DNA from: Callorhinchus milii
Taxonomy: Eukaryota
Direction of reading: 5' to 3'
DNA length: 64,000 bases
Assembly (NCBI RefSeq): GCF_018977255.1
Contig: NW_024704742.1
Location: forward strand, 58,840,001 to 58,904,000
Position 1 is the first letter of the stretch, and each line of letters begins with the position of its first letter. Below are positions 39,212 through 50,477 of this stretch, piece after piece. The notes below the pieces were generated by a model. The model made no database searches and had not been told where the DNA came from. It saw nothing but the letters and a program-made list of their open reading frames with translations. The translations under genes were made by a program, and so were the position numbers.

Positions 39212-39898
39212 TAGTATAACAATGTTTGCATTTGATAAAGCACCTCATCAGATGTTGAAACTTTTCAAAGCCCTTCACAAGATTCCTGTAAAGTACGGTG
39301 ACACATCTGTATATGAATGCAGCAGCCATTTTGTACATGCAATGTCCCACAAACAACATGACCAAATCATCTAGGATTTATTCGCCTTGCAAGCGAGACA
39401 CCTGGGTTCAATTCCAGGCAGGGCGAAACCTCGGGAAAGTTTCCTTACTCCACACGCCTAATAATAATCCCTCCAAAACAATAATAAATTGGTTATTTTC
39501 TATCCAGGACTGTTTGTGGGACACTGCTGTGCACAATTGGCTGCTGCGTTTTGCCCACAAATATACGGTCAATTCACTTTACAGTATATTCTGTAAAGCG
39601 CTTTGAAATGTCTAGAAGACGTGAAAAGCGCTATATCAAATGCAAGGATTATTATTATTACTACTTAGGATCTCAACTCCCTTCCCTTTTTGAATAGTGC
39701 CTCAGGAACTTTGAAGTCCACCTAAGCAGGCAGACAGGACCTTGGTTTAACATCTTTTCTAAAGGATGATACCTCCAAAAATGCAATGTTCTCCCAGCAC
39801 TGCACTGGAGTGTCCATCTGAACTAGGAGCTGAAATTCCCAATGTGAAGCTTTCCTCTGTCTCTGAGGCAAGATTTCTATCAATCAAGCCAGACTGAC
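39212..39898 (-). mobile_element. Full-length Deu-SINE interrupted by a young SINE
   Basis: 3' part 39212-39365; 5' part 39670-39898 (ctgcactggagtgtc...aagccagactgac). Confidence 0.8.
39382..39660 (+). mobile_element. tRNA-derived SINE, short form, 5'-truncated
   Basis: tcgccttgcaagcgag anticodon arm; ccacacgcct|aataataatccc junction. Confidence 0.92.
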
Positions 39899-40650
39899 AC
39901 CAATTTATTTTTTAAACTTATTGTGTAACATGTTGACATAAAAGTACTGGCACTTTTAAAAACATGTTTCTTTTTCTCTCTTATATTTCAGCTTGCTCTA
40001 AAACAAAGGTTGAACTCCTGCCCATTTTAAAAGGGAAACATCAACTTCTAGTTCAATGCTGGAATCTCCCTCCAGCATTTAATTCCCATCACTAATTAAA
40101 CAAACTTGCTCTGGAGTTAAACACAGTTCCAAGTCCTCCACTTGAGAAAGGAGCTATTGATGGCAGAGAAACAACTCTGAGCAGCCCTTTGTCACAAAAT
40201 CATGATGTCACCCCCCTGGCTACAATTACAAAGAAATCTGGAGTTAAGAAGACAAAAAAAGTTAAGACAGATGGGAAAGCCATTCACCCCAACGAAGCAC
40301 ATCCCTCCAGCAAAAAAAGAACTTGCATTGTTATAGTGCGTTATCACTTTTAAAGTACTACACAAGTAGTTGATGTTTTTGTTGACAAACAGGGCAGCTA
40401 TTTCCATCAGTGAGGGTCCAACAAATAGCCATGACGTGAAAGACCCATTATTATACTGGGAGAACTTTTCCTATCCTTTTAAGTAGTGCCATAGGATCTT
40501 TATGATCCAATTGAGAACAAACATCTTAGTTTATTGTCTTCATCTGAAATACAGTACTTCTGACACTGCAGCACTCCCCAGTACTGCACTGGGGAGTCTG
40601 TTCCTTTGACACTGGATTCCCTCAACATGGCAATGCAAAACTATGGCTTT

Positions 40651-40979
40651 AATAACAACAAGAAGATTGCGGGACAGTACACAAGCTGCAGAGTTCTGAA
40701 TGACCTGCAGCTTGTGGAGGGAGGTGCCAGGAAGGCCGACGAGGAGAGAGTTCCCGTAGTCCAGCCTTGAGGTGATAAAGGCTTGGACCAGTGCTTCAGC
40801 AGTGTGAGGGGTGAGGTAGTGCCGTAGACTGGCGATGTTCCGGAGGTGGTGGAAGGCGGTGCCAATTGTGGCATGGATGTGGGGAAGAAAGGACAGCTCA
40901 GGGTCGAACAGAACACCGAGGTTCTTGATTGGCTTTGAGAGGTGGAGAGTGCAGCCTTGGATGCTGATGCTGTCACCTC
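40651..40979 (-). mobile_element. L2 RT fragment with internal deletion joining the tail to RT sequence
   Basis: High similarity to 8337-8440 and 6640-6925; tail-like aataacaacaagaagattgc fused directly to gggacagtac. Confidence 0.88.
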
Positions 40980-41189
40980 AATGTTTTGGCCTCTATTATC
41001 TTGCTACGCAGATTACTCCGAACATTTAGCACTCTTCTAGTAAACAAGTTTTTCCTGACATCTGTTTCAAATTCACTAATTTCCATTTATGTCCTCTGGT
41101 CCTGCTTTCCTTGACTTGATTTGAAATAATAGTCTGCATTTACCCTATTTGTGCTATAAATGTTTTATGTATTAATACAATTCTCTTCA

Positions 41190-41361
41190 ACCGTGCCTTC
41201 ACCTCCCCTCTCGACTCTCTACCCCCTCCTCACTCCCTCCCTTCCCTCCCCTCACCCTGACCATTTCCCCCTGCTCGGGTCCCAACCCAACTGTCCAGCG
41301 CCTTGGGACGTCCTCCCGACATGAAAGGCACTCTATAAATGCAATCTTGTTGTTGTTGTTA
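41190..41361 (+). mobile_element. L2 3' end
   Basis: Same 3' UTR type as the 7848 copy (cctcaccctgaccatttccccctgctcgggtcc); (TTG)n tail. Confidence 0.9.
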
Positions 41362-41879
41362 TAATACCTTAACTGCCTCCTTTCTTGACTGCAAACCTTA
41401 CTTTTCCATCATCTGCTTGATATATACTAATTTCTTAAGCAGAAAAGACAGTGATTTAGCATTCACTGCATTTATTGCAATTCCGCGTCCCTTCTCATCC
41501 ACGCTCCTGATTGTCAATCCCCACACACTTTTGCCAGTGTATCATTGCATGATACAGATCTGCCCTCTGGCTCATTCCCCACAATTGACTATTCTTCCTG
41601 GATGGACAACAGCTATATAAATCCAAGTTGTTGTTGATCCTGACTCCACGCCACATGGACAATCTCACAAAATGTTACAAGGCTAATTATAGAGCACCAA
41701 CAAACGCGGATCAATAAACCTAGCTCAGACCAGGGACTAAACCCATGAGCTTTCCAGTCCATATGATTCAGATGCACATGGAGCATTAGTGTACCAAATA
41801 AATGAACATGGGAGTCCCTCTGTTGTGCTGGAACTGTAGAAGGTCGCAGTAAGGTAACAAAGACAGCAAATAGTCAGCA

Positions 41880-41988
41880 GAAAACAGCAATAAAAAGAAA
41901 ATCTGAAAAAGCAGACCATTCTGGAAATGCACAGGAGTACCTAAATAAAGAAATAGTTAACATTTCGGGTTTGATCTGTCATCAGAAC
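41880..41988. mobile_element. Possible Penelope-like terminal fragment
   Basis: aaaagcaga...ctggaaat...gttaacatttcggg...tcatcagaac resembles Penelope-like ends as I recall them from cartilaginous fishes; heavily diverged. Confidence 0.3.
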
Positions 41989-42189
41989 CCTATTCCTTCT
42001 TAGAAAAAAACAATGATTCAACTAGCTTGGACCCAGGGTTGAGCTCAGACAACTGGACTCATTTCAAGACTATTTGGTGCTGTGATGGGACCATGACAGG
42101 GTGAATAATGTGGAAGGATGAGAGCAAATTGGCCGAAGGTGCTTCCTACGTCTGAACCTCTCGTGATCAGAAGGTGAAAAATAACTTCC

Positions 42190-42388
42190 ATGGGTAATAA
42201 TCCCTCAAAAAAAACTTGGTCACTCACTCCACAACTGTTTGTGGGTCATTGCTGTGTGCAATTGGCTGCCATGTTTCACCCACAAAATACACAGCCAATC
42301 CACTTTACAATATATTTTGTGAAGCGATTTGAGACATCTCAACGATGTGATGAGGCGCTATATCAAATGCAAGTATTATTATTATTAT
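42190..42388 (+). mobile_element. 3' fragment of the tRNA-derived SINE
   Basis: gggtaataatccctc...ttggtcactcactccac...caaatgcaagtattattatt. Confidence 0.8.
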
Positions 42389-44249
42389 AACACATGAAAG
42401 TTTCTTTAAGCGTGCAATCAAAGAGTAAGATTGATACATTGCTGGGGTTTGAATACTATATGTTCTGTGACTGGAGCCAATAAGTAACCACAACCTTCAA
42501 TAGTGTGTGTATTGTGAGGGACTATAATACCCCATACCTCAGCATAGCAGCACTGCTCTCTCTTGTTTCTTGAATATCCTTGCTGAAGGGCTAAACTTCC
42601 ATAGTGCAGGGGACACCAAGGTTGAAAAAAGTAATGGAGAGTGCAAGATGAATCAGGAAACAGTAATTAGGCATAGCTAAGGTTGGATTTTAAAGCATTC
42701 TAAAAATGAAACGCTGACAGTGGGTTTTCAAATTCAGGATATCCAGTTAATTTCAGTGTGGAGTCTTTTGTTTTCTGTTCTATAAAGCAATGCAGCGTTT
42801 TGATGCAATAGAATCTCTTTAAGGAGAGAAGTGGGGGGAGGGAGGGTGAAAAGAGAGAGAGAAACATGTTGTCCAGTTTCCACAACACGCTGATCGGACA
42901 GAAGTGTCCTGGACAAGCATTGATCAGCATTTCTTACACTATTGATTTGTAGGTGCAGTCCCATTGAGGAAAAACAAGAGGGGGTTAGCAACTGCAGTGT
43001 AAACGTCACAGGATCCAGACACATCATATGGTCATGACCTTAAACCCTCTTGCCCAGGAGAGTAAGGAAAAAGTCTCGCTCGGTGCATGCACATCACAGC
43101 TGTAACATCGCTCCGAATTACGATACTCTTGAAAAGCATGACATAAAATCTCCACACCTATGATCGCAACCAAGGAATTATGAAAGCACAAACTGTCAAA
43201 CCGATCTTATTGTGAGCGACAGACACTGCCTTTGTGAATAAAGTAACCTCTCTTCAACAACCTCTCTTTGCATGTCCTGCTGTTAAAAAATAAATGCAGC
43301 TGTCCTCATTTCAATGGAGCTGAAATCCGTCTCATAGCGCTTCTTCATAAAATCACTGTGGAAACATTGTGACAACATTAATGCAAAAGGATGAATATAT
43401 GCCTGATTTTATTCCCCCCAAATGCTTGAAGTATGAAGTTTTCTCTATTTATTACCTTTAAATAAAACTTGGTATGTGGGATATGATCTGAAAGACACTT
43501 TGAAGCTACCTAAGAATATTGATTTGACACAATGTCTCCTCTCCACAATATTCTCAAAATCAGCTCCTTACGGTGGTTAAAATTACCTTGGCTTCTTTCA
43601 AAACAGCAGTTTTCCTGACTAAAACATCTGTTCTTACACATATGTACAATGGTGCAACTTCCACAGGACGGTGCATATTGCAATTGATATTTTTCTAAGG
43701 AAAAGAATGTGGTTTCCCTGCTACTGATCCACAATAAAAGGAGCAACTAAAAAATAGGTCTGAGACATGTTTTGATAAATTGATTTTAATTTGAAATGCA
43801 CAAATGCATGTATTTAAGCACAGATGTTCTGACTTTAAACCTCAGTTTCAGATGTGTTTTAGACCACCCACATGTCTTGACAAATGTGGAAAATCATGAT
43901 GTGCTTAAGAGTATCCAAACCAGATCAACTCCGTACACACATGGTGTAGGCCAAGGGATATCCTTGGAGCACTGAAGTTGGCCAATTGGGCTAGGAATGG
44001 GACATCAGGCGTTGTCAGGCTCTGGATTGTTCCTGTGTGTCGACTCCTGCTCCACAAAGGAAAATATGGGCATGTGGACATTGAGATTGAATTCGATTGG
44101 GTTTGGTTGTGATTCTTCCCTTGCCTGCAGGCAGAAATAGACACTTGGGTACATGATTGGAGATTAGCCTAAAGAACCATACTGTGAGTTACTGAATTTT
44201 GGACAAATGTCTCATCTCGTTAAGAATTTTTTAAAATAAATTTAGAATT

Positions 44250-44570
44250 TCTCCTGGTCTACCCTCATGATCTACAGTGCCATGGGTACTGGTTGCCCAA
44301 GTAGTCACTGTTCATGTGTGAGTCTTGTTAGTGAATGTTGGCAAGTCACTTGACTATAGAGAGAGTCAGAGCCAAGCCTGACCTCTTTTCATCTAGCTGT
44401 GACACACAATCTACCAGGAGAAAGTGCTATGGAGAGACCCAGAGCAGAAACCTTATTTTATTTTCCCTTTCTAATCTAAGGCTGGGTCCAATTTAACCCC
44501 AGCTGAGACCAACAGCGAACTCCTGATCTGTAAATTTGAGCTCTCCACTACATCATCGGGCTGACCCACT
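44250..44570 (-). mobile_element. Very old SINE-like element
   Basis: cccaagtagtcactgttcatgtgtgagtc...gtgaatgttggcaag...ttttccctttctaatc. Confidence 0.5.
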
Positions 44571-45970
44571 TTAAGAAATTCAGCGAATTGTATCTGCACA
44601 CAGATACACAATGTGAAATATGTTTTTCAGACTTTTTCCAGATCATTGTGTGGGCTGAAGCTTTGGTTCAATGCTGAGGAAAGAGCTGCATTGTCAAAGG
44701 TGCCGTCCTTCTGAGAGACGTTAAATCTGTCTGTTCAAGTGACACTGAAGATTCCATGAAAAAGAAAAGGGAGTTTCTCACCGATTCCCTTTGTAGTGCT
44801 TTGAGATTTTTCAAAATTACAGAGGCGATGCCAAATGCAAGAGTAACTATTATTATAGGATTATTATTTTGTGGTAAGTCTACTTATTCGTTTATATTAT
44901 ACCATGATCAAGTTTGTATCATAATTTATTATCACACAATTACAAAAACGCTGCATAACTTAAGATACTGAAATAAGTATATCAATCCCCTACAAATACA
45001 CAGTCACTACACTTCAGGGTAAAATTCAGTCAAGTGATTTGAGACATCCTCCCGAGGCGAAAGATGCTACATTAAATTCAAGGATAATTATTAGATCCCA
45101 CTAATATTATAAGAATGTGGGTATATCGCTCCAGACCATAACAGCTTTTTGATCTTCACCTTCCACATTCTTTTATTCTCCTCTTTAGCTCAGCTAACTT
45201 GGGCTTCCTGTGTGCCTCTGCCCTTTCCCCTTCGTCATTTCAGATTCAACCTCCTAATTGTTGAAACTCCTCTATCTCATCCCCTTTTGAACTGTCTTCA
45301 AGTCCTGCCTTAATATCAATCTCTTTGACTCTGCTTTTAGTCATCTCCCTCTCCTCCACTCAGTGTCAGCCCCATCATTGGGAAGTGCTTCGAGACATTA
45401 TCCTATGTGAAGAGTGCTATATAAATGCAAGTTGTTGCTGTAAAATGCCTATTGAGGACCCAGGGACTGTAGATTTGGCTCATTTCTTCCTCAAACACAG
45501 TGAAAGCAAATCACACCTCACCGAGGTGTCAACAGTCAGCCAATTAGCTCATGAATCTGGTCGCCATATGACGTCCTGACCTTCCAGCAAATCACTTTAA
45601 TCCCTTCACATCTGGTATGCAACACTTCTGCCACCCTCTGTCACTTCATTTGGTCTGAATGCGATACATATGCTCTCCTTCTTTCCTCATCTCCTGACGG
45701 CCTTCCATTCATCACTGCATCAACCTCTACCCTGAGTCTGTTTCATTAAATCCAAAAATGTCACCTTAAATTCAAAATGTGGCAGAGGTAACATTATGTG
45801 TCGCTTCTGTATTGTAATTCTGAGGGTGTAAATGTATCATTGCACAACATAAATTGTTTGTGTGTTGCTGTCCTGCTGGGTTGGGGCCTGATCAAATGAT
45901 GGGACACTTCCGTGAGCTCTTATTGGAGCTGCTGCCACATTTTATATCATAATTTATTACCACATGCTTT

Positions 45971-46316
45971 GTGGAGTCCTCTAGCTCAGTGGTTAGAGCA
46001 CTCATCTCGCAAGCAAGACTAGGGTTCGATTCCCAGCAGGGCCAAATGTTGTGCAAATTTCCTTACTCCACACGCCTCTGTTTACCTAGCAGTAAGTAGG
46101 AACCTGTTGTTAGTCAATTGGTGAATTGCTTTTCCGGGGGTGGTAATAATAATAAATCGGTCACTCAATACACGTCTGTTTGTGGGACACTGCTGTGTGC
46201 AATTGGCATTTCGGCTACAAAATATACAGTCAATTCACTTTACAGTATATTCTGTGAAGAGCTTTGAGACGTCTAGAAGATGTGAAAAGTGCTATATCAA
46301 ATGCAATGATTATTAT
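45971..46316 (+). mobile_element. tRNA-derived SINE, long form, full length
   Basis: A box tagctcagtgg, B box ggttcgattcc, cctctgtttacctagcagtaagtaggaacc, L2-type tail. Confidence 0.93.
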
Positions 46317-46373
46317 ATACTTACAGAACCACTGCACAAACTAGCTAATGAAATGACACATTGATCTACATCA

Positions 46374-46442
46374 CATAACATGTAGGAGCAGGAGTAGGCC
46401 ATTCGGCCATTTGAGCCTGCCCCGCCATTCAATCACGGCTGA
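46374..46442 (-). mobile_element. CR1 extreme 3' end
   Basis: taggagcaggagtaggccattcggcc...gagcctgccccgccattcaat, typical antisense end of cartilaginous-fish CR1. Confidence 0.75.
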
Positions 46443-46619
46443 AACAAAATACATATCCTGTGAAGTGCTTTGAGATCTCATCACAACATGAAAGGTGCTA
46501 TATCATATGTAAAGATTATTATTGTTATTATTATTATAAGCTTCTTATTCTTCCAGATGATGCTTGAAAATAAATGCAATGGTATTTTTCACAAGCACAA
46601 ACATCTGGCATTAGTGTTG

Positions 46620-46965
46620 TCCTAACCTAGATGGTAAGATTCTTGGCTCTGAATCAGAAGTTTGTGGAATCATATTCCATGTCATGGGCTTTTGAATCAT
46701 TGTCCTAGGCTAACACTCAACAAAATGCTACTATAGGTGTGCTGCTTTGCTAGGGATGTGGCCCTTCGGATGTGATACTGAACTGAGATCCTGTTTGGTG
46801 GATGTTAAAGATCCCAAAGCACTATTTAGAAAAAATCTTTCTCCCAGTGTACTAGCAAAGAATACCCCAGATACAACTCCTCATTCACATCATGGCTGGT
46901 TGTAGAATATCACTGCACACAAATTGGCTGCCATATTTGCCTATAAAATGCAGTCACAAGCGTTT
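46620..46965 (+). mobile_element. Diverged Deu-SINE
   Basis: ctctgaatcagaag...ggtggatgttaaagatcccaaagcacta...aaattggctgcc. Confidence 0.7.
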
Positions 46966-47257
46966 ACATTTGGAAGAAAGCTCCTAGTGTGCTACACTCC
47001 AGGGTGTGCTGTTGCACCTCCTAGTGGTTAGTTTTAGACTAGCACAGCGGAGACAGAGCAACAGCTAACTCGTCCTCTAGGAAAATAATAATAATGACAA
47101 CGACGTTGATACATGGAATGGAGACGTGCTTCTCACCAGACAACAAAATCTATTTTTGTGTATGTGCCTTTGTATGTGCGCATACTCATGGCTTTGTATG
47201 TATGCGCGCCCCTCTTGTCTGTGTATATTTTTTGTGCACAGGTTTGTTTTGGCACAT

Positions 47258-47429
47258 GTGTGTGGGTGGCGTGGAGCGCTGTGTGTGGGTGGCGTGGAGC
47301 GCTGTGTGTGGGGGGCGTGGAGCGCTGTGTGTGGGGGGCGTGGAGCGCTGTGTGTGGGGGGCGTGGAGCGCTGTGTGTGGGGGGCGTGGAGCGCTGTGTG
47401 TGGGGGGCGTGGAGCGCTGTGTGTGGGTG
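47258..47429. repeat. 23-bp G-rich minisatellite, 7 full copies plus 11 bp
   Basis: Unit GTGTGTGGG(G/T)GGCGTGGAGCGCT; near-perfect array. Confidence 0.97.
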
Positions 47430-47892
47430 AATGTGGGGAAAGTGAGTGAAACCTGCAAGTGAAGAGGAGTAATGATGTCTTCGCTGGGGATTGAAACACT
47501 TTTGATGTCCAGTATTTTTGAATTGCAGATTAATTGCAATCCACATCTGATAGAAAACATATGCATCACTCATCTCTCTGGCCTTTCAAGAGTGGGATTG
47601 CCAGTCTGGTGAACCCATATCTGTTAACACTAGATTGAGGCTGCACTTTTTAAAAAAATTAACACAGAAACATTGCAGCTACAGAGCAGACCTTCATCCT
47701 ACTTATCTGGACGGTTTTAGATCCTGGCTTCAGAAATGACGTTTTAATTCACTGAACCATTTAGTCCCTTCATAGTGCCTTGAATTCCATTCTCTTTTGA
47801 ATAAGAGAGCTATGGTTACAACACGCATCAACTGGATTTTCTACAAGTTAAGCAAAAATGTCATTGGGAATATAACAGAATAAATGAAATCC

Positions 47893-48572
47893 AAGCGCTT
47901 CACATTTTTTTTCCTGCAAGGTGTAGTGACTGTGTACTTGTAGGCAAATGTAGCAGCCAATGTGTGCTCAACAATTTCCCACAAACAGCCATTACTTGTG
48001 GAGGCCTGTAGCTCAGTGGTTAGAGCACTCGCCTCTCAAGTGAGAGACCTGGGTTCGATTTCCGGCAAGGCAAAACCTTGGGCAAGTTTCCTTACTGCAC
48101 ACACCTAATAATAATCCCTCAAGAAAAAAAAACAATAATAAATTGGACACTTCAATCCACAGCTGTTTGTGGGATACTGCTGTGCACAATTGGCTGCTGC
48201 GTTTCGCCCACAATTCACTTTACAGTTTATTCTGTGAAATTCTTTGAGACTTCCAGAAGACATGAAAAGCGCTAAATCAAATGCAAGGATTATTATTGTT
48301 ATAAAGTGAATGACCGATAATATCTGGAAGGTTGTTGGCCAAGGTTGTAGGAAAAACTCCCTTCTCTTTTCACATGTGGAATCTTTTATATCCACCTGAA
48401 CAGGTAGACACAGGACCTTGGTTTACCATCTCATCTGAAGGATAGCACCTCTAATAATGCAGTAATCCTCTAACAATGCACTGGAACTATGAGCTCAAAA
48501 TCTTGACATGAGGCTTCAACCCACAACCTTCTAGCTCTGAGGGTGAGTGTTCCACCGAATGAGCCAGACTGG
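47893..48572 (-). mobile_element. Deu-SINE interrupted by a young SINE
   Basis: 3' part 47893-47992; 5' part 48301-48572 (cccacaaccttct...gagccagactg). Confidence 0.8.
47998..48300 (+). mobile_element. tRNA-derived SINE, short form, full length
   Basis: Intact A/B boxes; cacacacct|aataataatccc junction. Confidence 0.93.
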
Positions 48573-49251
48573 CGCCAGAGAACCCTCCAGAGAAACCTCC
48601 CCTCTATACAACCTTATGTACATAATGGCAACCAGCAAGACCTTGGATTTTTCCCAAGACTGCCTCGGAATCAAGTTTCTAGGAGTCTGCCTGAAGCACA
48701 TGGGCTTCCCTGGTGGCCACAGACTTTATGCTCTTTTTCTATCACCAAGGTGCTATTTGAGCTGCCATTTCCAGATGGTGCTTGGTAATGCTTTTCCAAC
48801 CCTCAAGTCACAAGAAAAAATTCCACTGAGAATGCTCTCATCTTGATGCTTGGATTCATCCTGACACAGGGAATAAAACACAGCAGTTTAAGCTTTCTTT
48901 AACATGAATAGAAACTCTCCAGACAGATGCTTCATTCACAGCTGTATTAGGAGTTACAATCAATCAAGTGAATCTGAATGTGGAATAAAACAGATCATTT
49001 TAATGCTGTACTTTCCCTGCTTGCATGCATGTACTTGTTTCGGATGGTGTTTACTTCACAATACATTTCCTTCATCTGTTCGGCCCAACTCACCGTGACA
49101 AACCACAAATTGTGAATTCCTTATTAGTCCACATTCTTTATAGTACATACCAAGCCTTGTAAACCAAAATCCAAACATCATTCCTCTTGACACTTAAATG
49201 GGTCATCACCACATCAGATATAAATTCCCTGGGCAGGCAATCAGACAGGAC

Positions 49252-49616
49252 TAACAAGAATAATCCTTGCATTTGATACAGCGCCTTATCACGTCTTCAA
49301 CATACTCAAAACGCTTCATAGAATATACTGTAAAGTGAACTGACTGTATATTTTGTGGGCAAAACACGGCAGCCAATTGCACACAGCAGTGTCCCACAAA
49401 CAGTCGTGGATTAAAATGACCAATTTGTTTTAAGGAATTATTACCCCCGGAAAAACAATCCACCAATCGATTAACAACTGGGTTCCTACTTCCTGCTAGA
49501 TAAACAGAGGCGTGTGGAGTAAGGAAACTTGTCCAACATTTTGCCCTGCCGGGAATCGAATCCAGGTTTCTCGCTTGCATGGCGAGTGCTCTAACCACTG
49601 AGCTACAGAATTCCAC
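49252..49616 (-). mobile_element. tRNA-derived SINE, long form, full length
   Basis: Cloverleaf-like head with CTCGC-CATGCAA-GCGAG arm; long internal segment present. Confidence 0.93.
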
Positions 49617-50000
49617 AAGATTGGGAGTTATTGGCAGATTCTGCAGTCAGATTTGATAATGACGTGCATTGTGTACTACACGTTAAGCATCTCAAACTCA
49701 ACTGGTAGCAATGATAAGGTATGGATCAACAAGAGATTAATTGTAATCAATTGGAAAGATCACATACAAAACCCCAAATGAGTCTAAAACGAACTGTGAA
49801 GCTAAGGGCTGTTGTGAAACTAATCAGCTTTCATCAGGACCTGCCAGCTGGGGCATAATTTGATTGTATAGCAGCTCTTATCAGCAAGGTGCCTCTCCTG
49901 AGCATTGCATGAGGCAACAACAACAAGATTACATTTGTATAGCGCCGTTCACATCGGGAGGACGTCCCAAGGCGCTGGACAGAGTACAGCATTTCAGACC

Positions 50001-50280
50001 CAAGGCAGTACTTACTATTGTCTCACTCTAAGACCCCGCTTGCTAAAGGTACCTCACTCTAAGGCCCCGCTTGCTAAAGGTCTAAGTCAGTACTGTAAGA
50101 CAGTACTGTACTCTAAGACAGTACTGTACTTACCATGTCTCACCAAATCATTTACAATAGATATCACCATGAGATTTTCTTAAAAATAGATATTCAATTA
50201 TAAGACAGTACATACAATACGTGTCTCACTTTTAGGCAGTACTGTGTTTAGCACAGATGTCTCACAATAAGGCATGACTC
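50001..50280. repeat. Degenerate ~31-bp minisatellite with CAGTACTG palindromes
   Basis: Near-perfect 31-bp duplication 50022-50081; recurring taag(a/g)cagtac...tgtctcac units. Confidence 0.7.
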
Positions 50281-50477
50281 ACAGTAAATTTCAAAATTAC
50301 TTACACATGAGTGCAAAATACATTTTAAATATTACAGCACAATTCTTCAGCTTTCAGGCCAAATCAATTGCCAAGAAATATAAAAATATATATTTATAAA
50401 TATATATATATATAAAAATGACTATATGTTCATCTTTACAGTTGCTCAGGAACCCCAAAACAATATCTGCATTTGTT

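Noticed and set aside
42166..42178. GATCAGAAGGTGA similarity to miR-383
   Set aside because: Only 13 nt match and no supporting hairpin.
47077..47573. Six overlapping ORFs; possible CRISPR-like array
   Set aside because: Artefact of a spacer-less 23-bp tandem repeat; no unique spacers and no cas genes.
47998..48075. Functional tRNA gene
   Set aside because: It is a SINE head: it continues into the SINE body and the anticodon varies between copies.
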